A stretch of DNA of 64,000 bases from an uncultured Candidatus Saccharibacteria bacterium (GCA_964421635.1 CAYQWZ010000003.1:1712-65711); one strand, 5' to 3'; shown: positions 8,746 through 17,377, numbered from the stretch's first letter. Notes: generated from the sequence alone by a model not told the origin. Program-made: numbers and translations.

Positions 8746-10257
8746 ATGGCAGCACAGATAGCATCCAGTGGCGCTCAAGTCATTGCGGTGCACGGATACA
8801 CACCTGAACAAACTGCGACCGCTTTAGCTATGATCTCGCGTACTACTTACCCAATACTAAAAGTATTGGCAGAAGTTACTGGGGGCAAAGCTCTAGAATT
8901 CTTTGAGAAATATTTTGTTAACTATGGTCATGCTTCCATTGCCGATATGGCCACGATAGTGTTTGTTTGTGAAGGTATTTCTCAGATTAGCGCTTGGGAG
9001 CTTTGGTTTGAATATTTAGCTGGTGGGCAAGAAAAATCGACTCGGTATGGAGATTTCGGTAATAAGTCGGCTATTACCATACCTCCAGAGATTATACTAG
9101 CCGGAAAAGAAGACACATATATGAGAATTGCTGAAGGATTGCTTGTTCAATATCGTTTTTGGCTTGAAACAGTCTTTGAGCGTTATAGAACGAGCATTCC
9201 AAAGCCAGACGGAATGAGCGACAGACAGTACGAGAGTACTCTCAGGGCGCGCGCTTTCGATGTTGCTCGTTACTGGCTGTTTGGTGGAATTAAGACTACT
9301 GTTGCTCAAGTAATGAGCATTCGTATTTTGGAACGGCAGCTTTGTCGTATGATGGCTTCACCTTATTCTGAGGTGCGAAAGCTGGCGGAGCAGATTCGAG
9401 TGGCTACTATGGAGGTTCCCCCACACACTCCTGAAGGAATGGAGAGTGTTTACACTGAGCCCGTGGCTGCTTCGTTAGTCAGACATATTGAAGCCAACCA
9501 ATTCCTGATCAACCTAGGAAACAAGCGTTATCGATGCGCCGAGCCATATGATAGAGGCTTTGATTATCAAGACTTGAGCTTGGTCGAATCGACCTTCTTA
9601 TATGATTGTGATCCGTTGGTGCTGCAGGCTTCTTTGCTTGTTTACGAAGGGGCAACTGTGCCACTAAGTTACATTATGAAACAGGTTGCGCAAGAGAGTC
9701 GAAGCAGTGTTGAAGCGATGATTCACTTCTATCTTCAAGATAGGGGGCCGCACGATGAACTGCCTTTGGCCATGGCGGCTGCCCGCGAGTGTATGTTTGA
9801 AGTAAGACTTGATCGCGGAGCAGCTCGAGACTTTCATCGACATCGGGCTGGGGTGCAGCTACATCAACGCATTGGTGGGCATCTTGGCTTTGCTATACCC
9901 GATGTTGTGGTTCAGATGGGTCTTGATGATAGGTGGGCTCACACTATGAGAGAGACAATTAAGTTAGTAGACCAACTAAGAGGAACTTTGTTTAATATGT
10001 TTGCTGGCCAGCGTTTGGACTACGGAGCAGACTATCTTTACCCGTTTGCTTGTCGGCAGGCTAGCATTTACGCAGGTGATACAAGGGCGATGACTTATCT
10101 TTGTGAATTGCGCACCAAGCCTGCAGGCCACTTCTCTTACCGCGAAGCTGCTTGGATGATGTGGCAGCAGATGTGCGAAAGGTTCCCTTGGATGGAATCT
10201 GAGGGTCGGGCTATTCCCTTCGCTCCTGACTCTGAAATTGATATCTTTCAGCGGTAG
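8746..10257 (+). CDS. thyX: ThyX-like (flavin-dependent thymidylate synthase family) protein with two tandem ThyX-like domains
   Basis: Start chosen at the ATG preceded by GAAGGAGG (6-nt spacer). The N-terminal half has a ThyX-like block (VIAVHGYTPEQTATALAMISRTTY; GHASIADMATIVFVCEGISQISAWELW...STRY) but lacks the RHR motif. The C-terminal half has MFEVRLDRGAARDFHRHRAGVQLHQR, where RHR is retained. Confidence 0.55.
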   Translation: MAAQIASSGAQVIAVHGYTPEQTATALAMISRTTYPILKVLAEVTGGKALEFFEKYFVNYGHASIADMATIVFVCEGISQISAWELWFEYLAGGQEKSTRYGDFGNKSAITIPPEIILAGKEDTYMRIAEGLLVQYRFWLETVFERYRTSIPKPDGMSDRQYESTLRARAFDVARYWLFGGIKTTVAQVMSIRILERQLCRMMASPYSEVRKLAEQIRVATMEVPPHTPEGMESVYTEPVAASLVRHIEANQFLINLGNKRYRCAEPYDRGFDYQDLSLVESTFLYDCDPLVLQASLLVYEGATVPLSYIMKQVAQESRSSVEAMIHFYLQDRGPHDELPLAMAAARECMFEVRLDRGAARDFHRHRAGVQLHQRIGGHLGFAIPDVVVQMGLDDRWAHTMRETIKLVDQLRGTLFNMFAGQRLDYGADYLYPFACRQASIYAGDTRAMTYLCELRTKPAGHFSYREAAWMMWQQMCERFPWMESEGRAIPFAPDSEIDIFQR

Positions 10258-10270
10258 CTTCGGCTATCAC

Positions 10271-10317
10271 AAACCCTACCCACTCAAAGTTGTCCGTACG
10301 ACAGGGTGGGTTTTTTT
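10271..10317 (+). terminator. Intrinsic terminator after thyX-like gene
   Basis: AACCC(T)ACCC...GGGTGGGTT stem followed by ttttttt. Confidence 0.5.
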
Positions 10318-10351
10318 ATGAGATATTAAATGCAATAAGTAACAATTTATT

Positions 10352-11167
10352 ATGGCTAATCCAGAAATGCCTTCTAGGCACGAAGGTGAAGTTGACGAAG
10401 CGGAAATTAAGAAATTAGGATTAATAAGTAGTATAGCTGAACTAATACGCACCTCACCTTACGGCAAACAAATCCTTGCAGTTATTGCGGCGGGAGTAGC
10501 ATCAGTTGGTGCTCCAAAGCCGGCAGAAGCAATGACGGCGGTAGAAGAGAAAATGCAGGCAGCTCTTACCTACAGAGTGACCAGCCAAGTTGTCGGATTA
10601 GCAGAAGGAGAAAGGCTACAACCAACCCAAGATCTACGCGAAGCAATGGAAAGATCGCGCAATGCAGTGTTAAGTGAATATTTACAATTGGCTGATGACC
10701 AGGAAGTGGCTAAACGTTTTTACGAGAGAGCTTCCGAAATATTAGATAGTGTCAAACTAAGTGAAGAGATTGATGAGGAAGCAAAACTGTCTCTACTAGA
10801 TTACATGACCATTAATGTTATGTTGGCGACTGGCGAATCACCAAGTAATTTAATTAAGGAAGATGGGCCAACAACAACGGATGAGCAGGGAACAGGCTGG
10901 CTAGACAACAATCAGCTGAAGGTAAAAGACTTGATGGATCATATTACAATTTTACGCAATGAACCTAGCCCAATAAGTGGTCGATCCCTTGAGGATATCG
11001 CAAATGTTGCCAAAGGCATTGATAAGCAGAACGAAAAAGATTTTCGTCATTTAATGAACCAAGCAGATATTGAATGGGCCATAGCTGCGCTAGCACTAGA
11101 ACTTAATGATGAAGAGGATGCTGAAGAGCGCTATTCAGCTGTTCTTGAAAACGAACCTCCAGCTTAA
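10352..11167 (+). CDS. Hypothetical acidic protein (271 aa)
   Basis: Long ORF with a terminator downstream; no recognisable motif. Confidence 0.5.
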   Translation: MANPEMPSRHEGEVDEAEIKKLGLISSIAELIRTSPYGKQILAVIAAGVASVGAPKPAEAMTAVEEKMQAALTYRVTSQVVGLAEGERLQPTQDLREAMERSRNAVLSEYLQLADDQEVAKRFYERASEILDSVKLSEEIDEEAKLSLLDYMTINVMLATGESPSNLIKEDGPTTTDEQGTGWLDNNQLKVKDLMDHITILRNEPSPISGRSLEDIANVAKGIDKQNEKDFRHLMNQADIEWAIAALALELNDEEDAEERYSAVLENEPPA

Positions 11168-11183
11168 AAAATAGATAAATTAA

Positions 11184-11220
11184 AAATACCCTTTATTTGT
11201 ATAAGAAGGGTATTTTTATT
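11184..11220. terminator. Bidirectional intrinsic terminator (AAATACCCTT / AAGGGTATTT hairpin with flanking A/T tracts)
   Basis: Read directly; it sits between the 10352..11167 stop and tRNA-Ser. Confidence 0.5.
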
Positions 11221-11310
11221 TGGCGGAGAGGGTGGGATTCGAACCCACGAGACCCGTGAAGGCCTAACGGTTTTCAAGACCGTCCTATTCAACCACTCTA
11301 GCACCTCTCC
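11221..11310 (-). tRNA. tRNA-Ser (anticodon UGA), class II with a long variable arm
   Basis: Manual fold: acceptor GGAGAGG, anticodon stem ACGGT/ACCGT, loop CTTGAAA, long variable arm, T-arm GTGGGTTCGAATCCCAC, 3' CCA encoded. Confidence 0.85.
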
Positions 11311-11381
11311 ATAATTAAATTGTACTCGAAAGTACCTAGGTAGTTTAGCCGAAAAGGGCTAAATTGTCCATACCAAAGGGC

Positions 11382-12389
11382 TTAGCTTTGCGGGTTTGAA
11401 TATTTTCGCACCAAGTACTTTTTTTGAACAGTGAAGCTGCCCCAACCAAGTAACATAATAATAATTCCACTAAAGACTAAAGCGAAGGTGACATCTGGGA
11501 AGATGCGGAAAGTTAGCCAAATTAGATAAACAGTTAAATAGATTGAGGAAACCGCATAGACCCACTTTTGACCCTGTCGAACTCCTAAATACATCATGCC
11601 AAGCGCCAACAGCGGAAAGACCATAGAGTATAGCGCACTACCATAGACGAAAGAGAAAAACCCTCCGAGCACAGTAATTGAGCCGAAAAACTGAAGGATT
11701 GAACCGAAACGAGGCCATCCTTTATGCATTTTAGAAGAGAAATAATTTCCGACAGTCATCACAATTGCGCCATGGAAAATGACCTCGTAAGTTATAAGTG
11801 TTTGGTTGAGGTTGATATTTTGATTAAGTAAAGTTGTAATAACACCTAGTAAATACAGCGCCCATGCAGTGCCTACTACCAAATAGACCTCTGTTTTTCG
11901 CAGAAACAACATTGGCAAATATATTAGGGACATTAAAGTTGCCAATACAGCCTGCATGCTTAAAGCTTCTATATCGACGCCCATTTCGTAGAATAAGATA
12001 TTCAAGCCAAGAGGCAGGGCAAAGATTGCAATAATATGGATGGCGTTGGAAATCTTAACATTGGTATTTCTATTCTCTAACAAAACAGCCGTGATAAAAG
12101 CAATAACTCCGGTGCCTAAAGTTACCAATACTCTCAGAAAAGAACCTAGAGCCTCCCAGTTCTCGCCGATAACGACAGATATTCCAATAGCAATTAAAAT
12201 AGCGCCAATATAAAAAAACGCTTCTGTAATTTTATTAGAGGAGGATTTATCTTTTACTTCTTCAAGGCCGGACATTTCTGCTACTGAATTATCTGTGGAG
12301 AAAGAAGAAAGAGAAGCTAAATCGCTACTCGTAATTGTGCCCTCACTCAAACCTCTTTTTATCTCTTGCAGTAAATAGTTTTTATCCAT
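11382..12389 (-). CDS. Hypothetical polytopic membrane protein (335 aa)
   Basis: At least 8 hydrophobic helices following a soluble N-terminal segment. Confidence 0.5.
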   Translation of the reverse strand: MDKNYLLQEIKRGLSEGTITSSDLASLSSFSTDNSVAEMSGLEEVKDKSSSNKITEAFFYIGAILIAIGISVVIGENWEALGSFLRVLVTLGTGVIAFITAVLLENRNTNVKISNAIHIIAIFALPLGLNILFYEMGVDIEALSMQAVLATLMSLIYLPMLFLRKTEVYLVVGTAWALYLLGVITTLLNQNINLNQTLITYEVIFHGAIVMTVGNYFSSKMHKGWPRFGSILQFFGSITVLGGFFSFVYGSALYSMVFPLLALGMMYLGVRQGQKWVYAVSSIYLTVYLIWLTFRIFPDVTFALVFSGIIIMLLGWGSFTVQKKYLVRKYSNPQS

Positions 12390-12402
12390 AGTGTTTTAGT
12401 TT

Positions 12403-12942
12403 TTAATCAGTTATTACCCAACCTAAGAAATTAAAATCGTAGCTACTGTCGGTGTCGATTTCAATTTTATCTTTAGCGAAATCCTTAATTAAATATACAT
12501 CTTTGTAAGAGCTGTAAGAGCCACCGATTAATACTTCGTTTACTAATCCGCCGCGGTAGCTTGCGCCGTCGATTTTGTAGCCATCGGGAGCCGTTGATTC
12601 ATTTGAAAGTTCAAGCTTATTAGCCTCAGCTGCAGTTAAAGTTATACTTTTCTTTTCTCTAACCAGATATCTTTTTATCTCAACTGAGTTCAGATCAATT
12701 TCTGGTAAATCAGCGTCTAACAGCTTGGAGTTATAGTTGTAGTTATGTGGAGTAGCGGTGATTCTTCCGCCCTTGCTGCTGAGCTGGTAGCCAGCGTTAT
12801 AAGCTCTGTCAGTGCTGTAAATAAAATCGTACTGCGGGGATGACATAAAACTTGGAATAAAGTAAAAAGCAGATAAAATTACGACAAAAACCACGGGTAA
12901 TGAGATAGCCCAAAAGAGTTTCCAATCAAACCTATTATTCAT
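12403..12942 (-). CDS. Hypothetical protein with N-terminal signal anchor (179 aa)
   Basis: N-terminal TM helix WKLFWAISLPVVFVVILSAFYFI. Confidence 0.5.
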   Translation of the reverse strand: MNNRFDWKLFWAISLPVVFVVILSAFYFIPSFMSSPQYDFIYSTDRAYNAGYQLSSKGGRITATPHNYNYNSKLLDADLPEIDLNSVEIKRYLVREKKSITLTAAEANKLELSNESTAPDGYKIDGASYRGGLVNEVLIGGSYSSYKDVYLIKDFAKDKIEIDTDSSYDFNFLGWVITD

Positions 12943-12996
12943 AGTAAATAAATTACTTCTGTCTGAATTGTATCAAATTGAAACCGGAAGGGGCAA

Positions 12997-13824
12997 TTAT
13001 TTGCTAGGGCGACGGACAGTAATTTCAATGCCGCGTTTAGAGCTTTTCTCTTCGCTGGTCGAATCTTTAGATTTTGAATTTGATGATTCAGACAGAGCTT
13101 TGGTATGTTTATGAGTTTTTGGTGGCTCCAAGCTTGAAGCGTGAACGACATCTGTCTTAGAGCGATTAACTAGAACTTGTTGGAAGATGCCGAAAATGGT
13201 TGTTACTACCCAGTATAAAACAACACCCGCGTTTACTTTTTGGGCAATCATAAAGGTCATAAAAGCGAAGAAGTACATAATTCCCATGCCCTGAGTTTTC
13301 TGTCCGCGCTTCTTGTTGACCGCCATAGTGGCTAAAATTTGAATGAACTGGAAGCCAGCGGCCAGCACAGGCAGAATATAAGTGGTGTCGACTTGAGATA
13401 AATTTATGCCGAATAAAAATTGATTAATAAACTCTGGCTGCGGCACAAATGAGTACAGTTGAGACATAGTCTCTGGGGCGAATCCTCCTTGCAGCACACG
13501 ATATAAAATAATAAGGATTGGTAGCTGAATAAGCATTGGCAGACAAGAACCAAACGGGCTGATATTGTTTTTTTGGTAGAGCTCCATGGTAGCTTTGGCC
13601 TGCTCTTGTTGATCTTTGTACTCTTTGCGGATAGTTTCAATTTCGGGCTGTAAGACCTGCAGTTTCTTCTGGTTTTCAAGGGCGTGACGGTTGGGAATAA
13701 GCAAAATAAATCTGATTATCAAAGTAACTACAACAATAGCTAAAGCAGAGCTGTGTCCCGGCATAACAGCAATTAAAAAGACCAGTAGGTTGAAGAACGG
13801 AATGTAAATAAACTGTTTTAACAT
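12997..13824 (-). CDS. yidC: Membrane protein insertase YidC/Oxa1 family (short form)
   Basis: Conserved core LPMLIQLPILIILYRVL plus five TM helices; preceded by yidD and rnpA. Confidence 0.85.
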   Translation of the reverse strand: MLKQFIYIPFFNLLVFLIAVMPGHSSALAIVVVTLIIRFILLIPNRHALENQKKLQVLQPEIETIRKEYKDQQEQAKATMELYQKNNISPFGSCLPMLIQLPILIILYRVLQGGFAPETMSQLYSFVPQPEFINQFLFGINLSQVDTTYILPVLAAGFQFIQILATMAVNKKRGQKTQGMGIMYFFAFMTFMIAQKVNAGVVLYWVVTTIFGIFQQVLVNRSKTDVVHASSLEPPKTHKHTKALSESSNSKSKDSTSEEKSSKRGIEITVRRPSK

Positions 13825-13827
13825 AAA

Positions 13828-14067
13828 TTATTTTTTGGGGACCTCGTCTACGCCACCTTTATTCCAAGGGTTGCAGCGTAGCACTCTCTTGCTTCCTAAA
13901 TAACTGCCTTTTATAATACCAAAGCGGTCAATAGCTTGGTAGGTGTAATGGCTACAAGTAGGATGAAAACGGCAATAACCGTTGGGATTCATTCTTTTAA
14001 ACCAGCCATGGTCAGGTGATAAGGTGCGCTGATATAAAACAATCAAGCCCAAGACAAGCTTTTTCAT
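13828..14067 (-). CDS. yidD: Membrane protein insertion efficiency factor YidD
   Basis: YidD signature CRFHPTCSHYTYQAI...GSYLGSKRVLRCNPW. Confidence 0.85.
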   Translation of the reverse strand: MKKLVLGLIVLYQRTLSPDHGWFKRMNPNGYCRFHPTCSHYTYQAIDRFGIIKGSYLGSKRVLRCNPWNKGGVDEVPKK

Positions 14068-14068
14068 A

Positions 14069-14410
14069 CTATCTTATTTTCTTAATCAGTGCCGATAAAT
14101 TATCGACTAAAACTTCGAACGGCAGATCTAAAACTTTCTCTTTCGGAAAAATCACTAAGTCGAAACCAGCCGGCATCTGCAGACTCTTCAGGGCTGCCCT
14201 TGTTCGTCTTTTAATGCGATTACGAGTGACTGCACCTTTGGCAACTTTCTTGCCAACGACGACGGTTGAACGGGTCGGTAGAGCCTGCTCATTATTGTTT
14301 TTATTGAGCTGCCAATAAATTTTGAAATGGGGAGCAATTTGGCGCTCACCAAATTTAACTACCTTTTGTATATCGACAGATCTTCGGAGTCGAAAATTTC
14401 GTGCTAGCAT
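14069..14410 (-). CDS. rnpA: Ribonuclease P protein component
   Basis: RLRRSVDIQKV...KKVAKGAVTRNRIKRR motif region; follows rpmH in the conserved order. Confidence 0.85.
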   Translation of the reverse strand: MLARNFRLRRSVDIQKVVKFGERQIAPHFKIYWQLNKNNNEQALPTRSTVVVGKKVAKGAVTRNRIKRRTRAALKSLQMPAGFDLVIFPKEKVLDLPFEVLVDNLSALIKKIR

Positions 14411-14413
14411 TAT

Positions 14414-14668
14414 TTATGCTTGTTTTGCAGGGGCTTTGTTAGCAGGGGCTTTAACTTGGCTTTTGCCTAATCCTTTTACACGACGAGCTCTTTTCAGGCT
14501 AATTCTGGTAGCTACATATTTGCGGTTTTCATTGGACACGCTCAATTTAGCTCGACCTTTCTTGCGGCGAGATGCCAAAACAGCCCGACCATTCTTAGTT
14601 TTCATTCTTTCGCGAAAACCGTGTGTGCGGACTCTTTTTCGTTTGTTAGGTTTAAAAGATAATTTCAT
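14414..14668 (-). CDS. rpmH: 50S ribosomal protein L34 with a ~40-aa Lys/Ala-rich C-terminal extension
   Basis: The first 44 aa ([44 protein letters not shown]) are canonical L34. The ORF continues in frame for 40 more residues ([39 protein letters not shown]). Confidence 0.8.
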   Translation of the reverse strand: MKLSFKPNKRKRVRTHGFRERMKTKNGRAVLASRRKKGRAKLSVSNENRKYVATRISLKRARRVKGLGKSQVKAPANKAPAKQA

Positions 14669-14741
14669 TACCTGTAAATGCTAGCTTATTTGGTCATTCT
14701 TTGCAACTATTTAGCAATATTTTAAGGTTTTATATAGTACC

Positions 14742-14770
14742 TTGACAAAAGGGGAATATTAAGGTACAAT
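14742..14770 (+). promoter_or_regulatory. Consensus sigma70-type promoter (TTGACA, 17 nt, TACAAT) for the small GC-rich ORF. The complementary TTGTCA overlaps a candidate rpmH promoter on the other strand.
   Basis: ccTTGACAaaaggggaatattaaggTACAATac, followed by AGGAGGTG 8 nt before GTG 14795. Confidence 0.5.
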
Positions 14771-14794
14771 ACTGGCAATCAGGAGGTGTTTAGA

Positions 14795-15166
14795 GTGTCT
14801 AAGAAACGAGTTGTGCTGGCCGCCTTCGGCGCGGTCGTCCTCCTGGTGGTGTGCGCCGTACTTGCTTCGCAACTGATCGATAATGGTCATAAGCTGAGGC
14901 AAGTCCAGTATGTGCCCCTGCCCGGGGTAGCGTACAAGTACTCCACGTTTCATAAGGAAGAGCCGATACGGCTGAGTTACAGCGACAGAACGATCATTCT
15001 GTCAGTTCGCCGAAAGGACTTCCTACCACTTCCGGCTAGTCGAATCTGGTCGAAAGAACAGGTCATGAAACCGGGGTGGACGTACTTCACCGTCGTGTGG
15101 AACCACCAAGACAAATCATTTCAACGATTTGATATCGAGGTGGAACCGCTCGAGCAAGACCCGTGA
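14795..15166 (+). CDS. Small GC-rich membrane-anchored hypothetical protein (124 aa, GTG start)
   Basis: Strong SD AGGAGG at 8-nt spacing, N-terminal TM helix VVLAAFGAVVLLVVCAVLA, strong terminator immediately after the stop. GC content is clearly above the local background. Confidence 0.5.
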   Translation: MSKKRVVLAAFGAVVLLVVCAVLASQLIDNGHKLRQVQYVPLPGVAYKYSTFHKEEPIRLSYSDRTIILSVRRKDFLPLPASRIWSKEQVMKPGWTYFTVVWNHQDKSFQRFDIEVEPLEQDP

Positions 15167-15199
15167 GCGGCCGCGTTGTACGCGGCCGCTTTTCTTTTA
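15167..15199 (+). terminator. Strong intrinsic terminator (GCGGCCGCG-ttgta-CGCGGCCGC followed by ttttctttt)
   Basis: Read directly. It overlaps the stop codon of the convergent minus-strand gene ending at 15197. Confidence 0.7.
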
Positions 15200-17377
15200 C
15201 CAAATATTCCAGATGTCGTCGATATAGTCTAAAGAGTAGTCTATAACTGCTACAAAAGTGTCATACATAAAATCAAGTGGATCCATTGAGATATAGTCGA
15301 GTGGCTCATTAAAGTATTCCTTTTCAGGGCTAGGTTTATATAAGTAGTCTATGTTGGTAGCCGGGTCACTATAAACCACAGGGTCTGGTTCGAGATTAAA
15401 GAAATCTGTTAGAAATGGTTCTTCATATGTTGGTGCATATTCCGGTAATTCTGTTATTTCTTGAAGATCAAAAGCAGTTATCTCTTCAGTAAAAATATTT
15501 TCATCTGGACTCCAATCATTTATTTCGGTAAACCATTTATAATCATCTCCTACTGGTTTAAATGTCATTTCTGGCTCGGACACTATCTCGCTGTATTCAT
15601 CTTCAAACACCGAGCTGGTTTCAGTTTCCGGAATGCTTGTTGTTGGTTCTGAATTTGTACTTTGAGTTGCAGAGGTTCCTTGTTCGTTGCCACTCTCTTC
15701 ACTTTGATCTTCAGATTCTGATTTTGAATCGGTATTTTCAGCTGTCGACATAGTAGTTGCATCTGTTTTACTAGGAGGATAATTTTCAAATTCATCGGCT
15801 AAGGCAATGAAGTCATTGTCTGTATGATTGATTTTAGCAATCTGTTTTACTACCACACCCCAGCGAGGCAGGTCCTTTAATTCTGACGAGGTTAAATTAG
15901 ATGTGTTTAAATCTAATTCGATATCTTTAACATTGCCGTAATTAACATAAAAGGTCGCCAGAGCTCCTCCACCCGTCATTTCTTCAAATTCTCTGTTTTC
16001 GGCTCCTTCTTCTAAAGACATTAGGGCCCACGGTTCGTGGTTATTGCTACCATAACCTACATCATTCCAAGGAATAGAAGCTCTATAAACAGCGAACTTA
16101 GAAACTGGAGCGTCTTCGACGCTTATTCCCTCCCCGATTTCTCCAAGTTTAGGAAAATAGTCTTTGATTGGCAGAACAACCCGATATCCCTCTTTTTCCG
16201 ATCCTTCTATAACAGAATTAGAGGCAAAAAAGTCCCAGCCACTAGCTAATAAATTACCGTGATAGCCAGTCGGGCACCATTGACCAAAGTAGTAAGAATA
16301 GTTACCATCCATTCCCAGAAGCGCCAAGTTAGTATCGGTAGAACCCTCCTTACTCTCGTACTGTCCGTTTCCATCTTTACGATTGTATCTAACCCAGGTC
16401 TCATCACCGTGGTACCCATCAGCTCCTGAAACAGAAATTTCGTAAGGACCTATCGGTTTAGCAATTTCAGCCAACCACCAATAAGGGTGTCCATCTGTGT
16501 CGGTAAAGTCATGAATTTTGTCTGGGGGGATTGGATTTTTTTCATCTCCTTTACCTTCGACAATGCTTACTTTGGCATTAAGAGGGCCTTTAAACTTCTT
16601 TAACCCAGCTTTTTCGTCTATTATCCAAATATCAGACAGGCTAGTTTTGTGAAAAATCTCGTCGGTTGGATGAATATAACCAGCTAAGGGAATATCGGTT
16701 ACTATAATATTTTTGCCCTCGTGTTTATAGTCGATTAAAGCCTCTACTATGTCAGTAGTACTTCTAATACAACCAGCTGTGAAATTGATAAGGTTGTCAT
16801 CACCTGTGCTGTGAATCCCTATATGTCGACAATTGTTTTTTTCTGAATCTGTCTCAAGGCCGCAAAGCGAACTACCTTCGTCTACGGGTGTCCCTTCTAG
16901 ATCGATAAAGAACGGTCCAAAGGAGCCCTTTCTTGCTATTCCGTCGTTATAGGGGATAAATGTGCCATTGTGATTGGTTCCAGGGTTTCCATTTTCGTCT
17001 ACAGCATCTTGGCGATTGGTCCAAGCCTGTCCCATTTTGTACACACCAAGAGGGGTCATTCCTGTGAGGGATTCTTCGTTTGTAAAATAAGATTCTTCAC
17101 CAATATTTTCAAAGGTTGCGTTGGCTAATACAGCAGGAGCATTAATTATGACTACTCCATTTTCATTATAGGCAGTTAGTGTATGTTTAGGATTGCTTTT
17201 GTTTACATCTACCACAACCACCTCAATGTTATAATCAATATTTTCACAAACAGAGGAATCAAAAACATCGGCTGATGGTCTGACTAGTACATACTTAAAT
17301 AAAATAAATACACAGAGAGCTATTACGACACCCAAAACAGAGTAAAGTAACAGCCTCGAATTAATCCCTCTTTTCAT
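15197..17377 (-). CDS. Secreted/membrane-anchored protein with an L,D-transpeptidase (YkuD)-like catalytic domain and an acidic S/E/T-rich region
   Basis: N-terminal TM helix LLLYSVLGVVIALCVFILF. Catalytic-like motif HIGIHSTGDDNLINFTAGCIRS matches the H...(S/T)xGC(I/V)R pattern of YkuD domains. Low-complexity acidic stretch in the C-terminal half. Confidence 0.55.
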   Translation of the reverse strand: MKRGINSRLLLYSVLGVVIALCVFILFKYVLVRPSADVFDSSVCENIDYNIEVVVVDVNKSNPKHTLTAYNENGVVIINAPAVLANATFENIGEESYFTNEESLTGMTPLGVYKMGQAWTNRQDAVDENGNPGTNHNGTFIPYNDGIARKGSFGPFFIDLEGTPVDEGSSLCGLETDSEKNNCRHIGIHSTGDDNLINFTAGCIRSTTDIVEALIDYKHEGKNIIVTDIPLAGYIHPTDEIFHKTSLSDIWIIDEKAGLKKFKGPLNAKVSIVEGKGDEKNPIPPDKIHDFTDTDGHPYWWLAEIAKPIGPYEISVSGADGYHGDETWVRYNRKDGNGQYESKEGSTDTNLALLGMDGNYSYYFGQWCPTGYHGNLLASGWDFFASNSVIEGSEKEGYRVVLPIKDYFPKLGEIGEGISVEDAPVSKFAVYRASIPWNDVGYGSNNHEPWALMSLEEGAENREFEEMTGGGALATFYVNYGNVKDIELDLNTSNLTSSELKDLPRWGVVVKQIAKINHTDNDFIALADEFENYPPSKTDATTMSTAENTDSKSESEDQSEESGNEQGTSATQSTNSEPTTSIPETETSSVFEDEYSEIVSEPEMTFKPVGDDYKWFTEINDWSPDENIFTEEITAFDLQEITELPEYAPTYEEPFLTDFFNLEPDPVVYSDPATNIDYLYKPSPEKEYFNEPLDYISMDPLDFMYDTFVAVIDYSLDYIDDIWNIW

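Noticed and set aside
12939-13151. Minus-strand 70-aa ORF overlapping the yidC 3' end
   Set aside because: Alternative frame inside yidC; no support.
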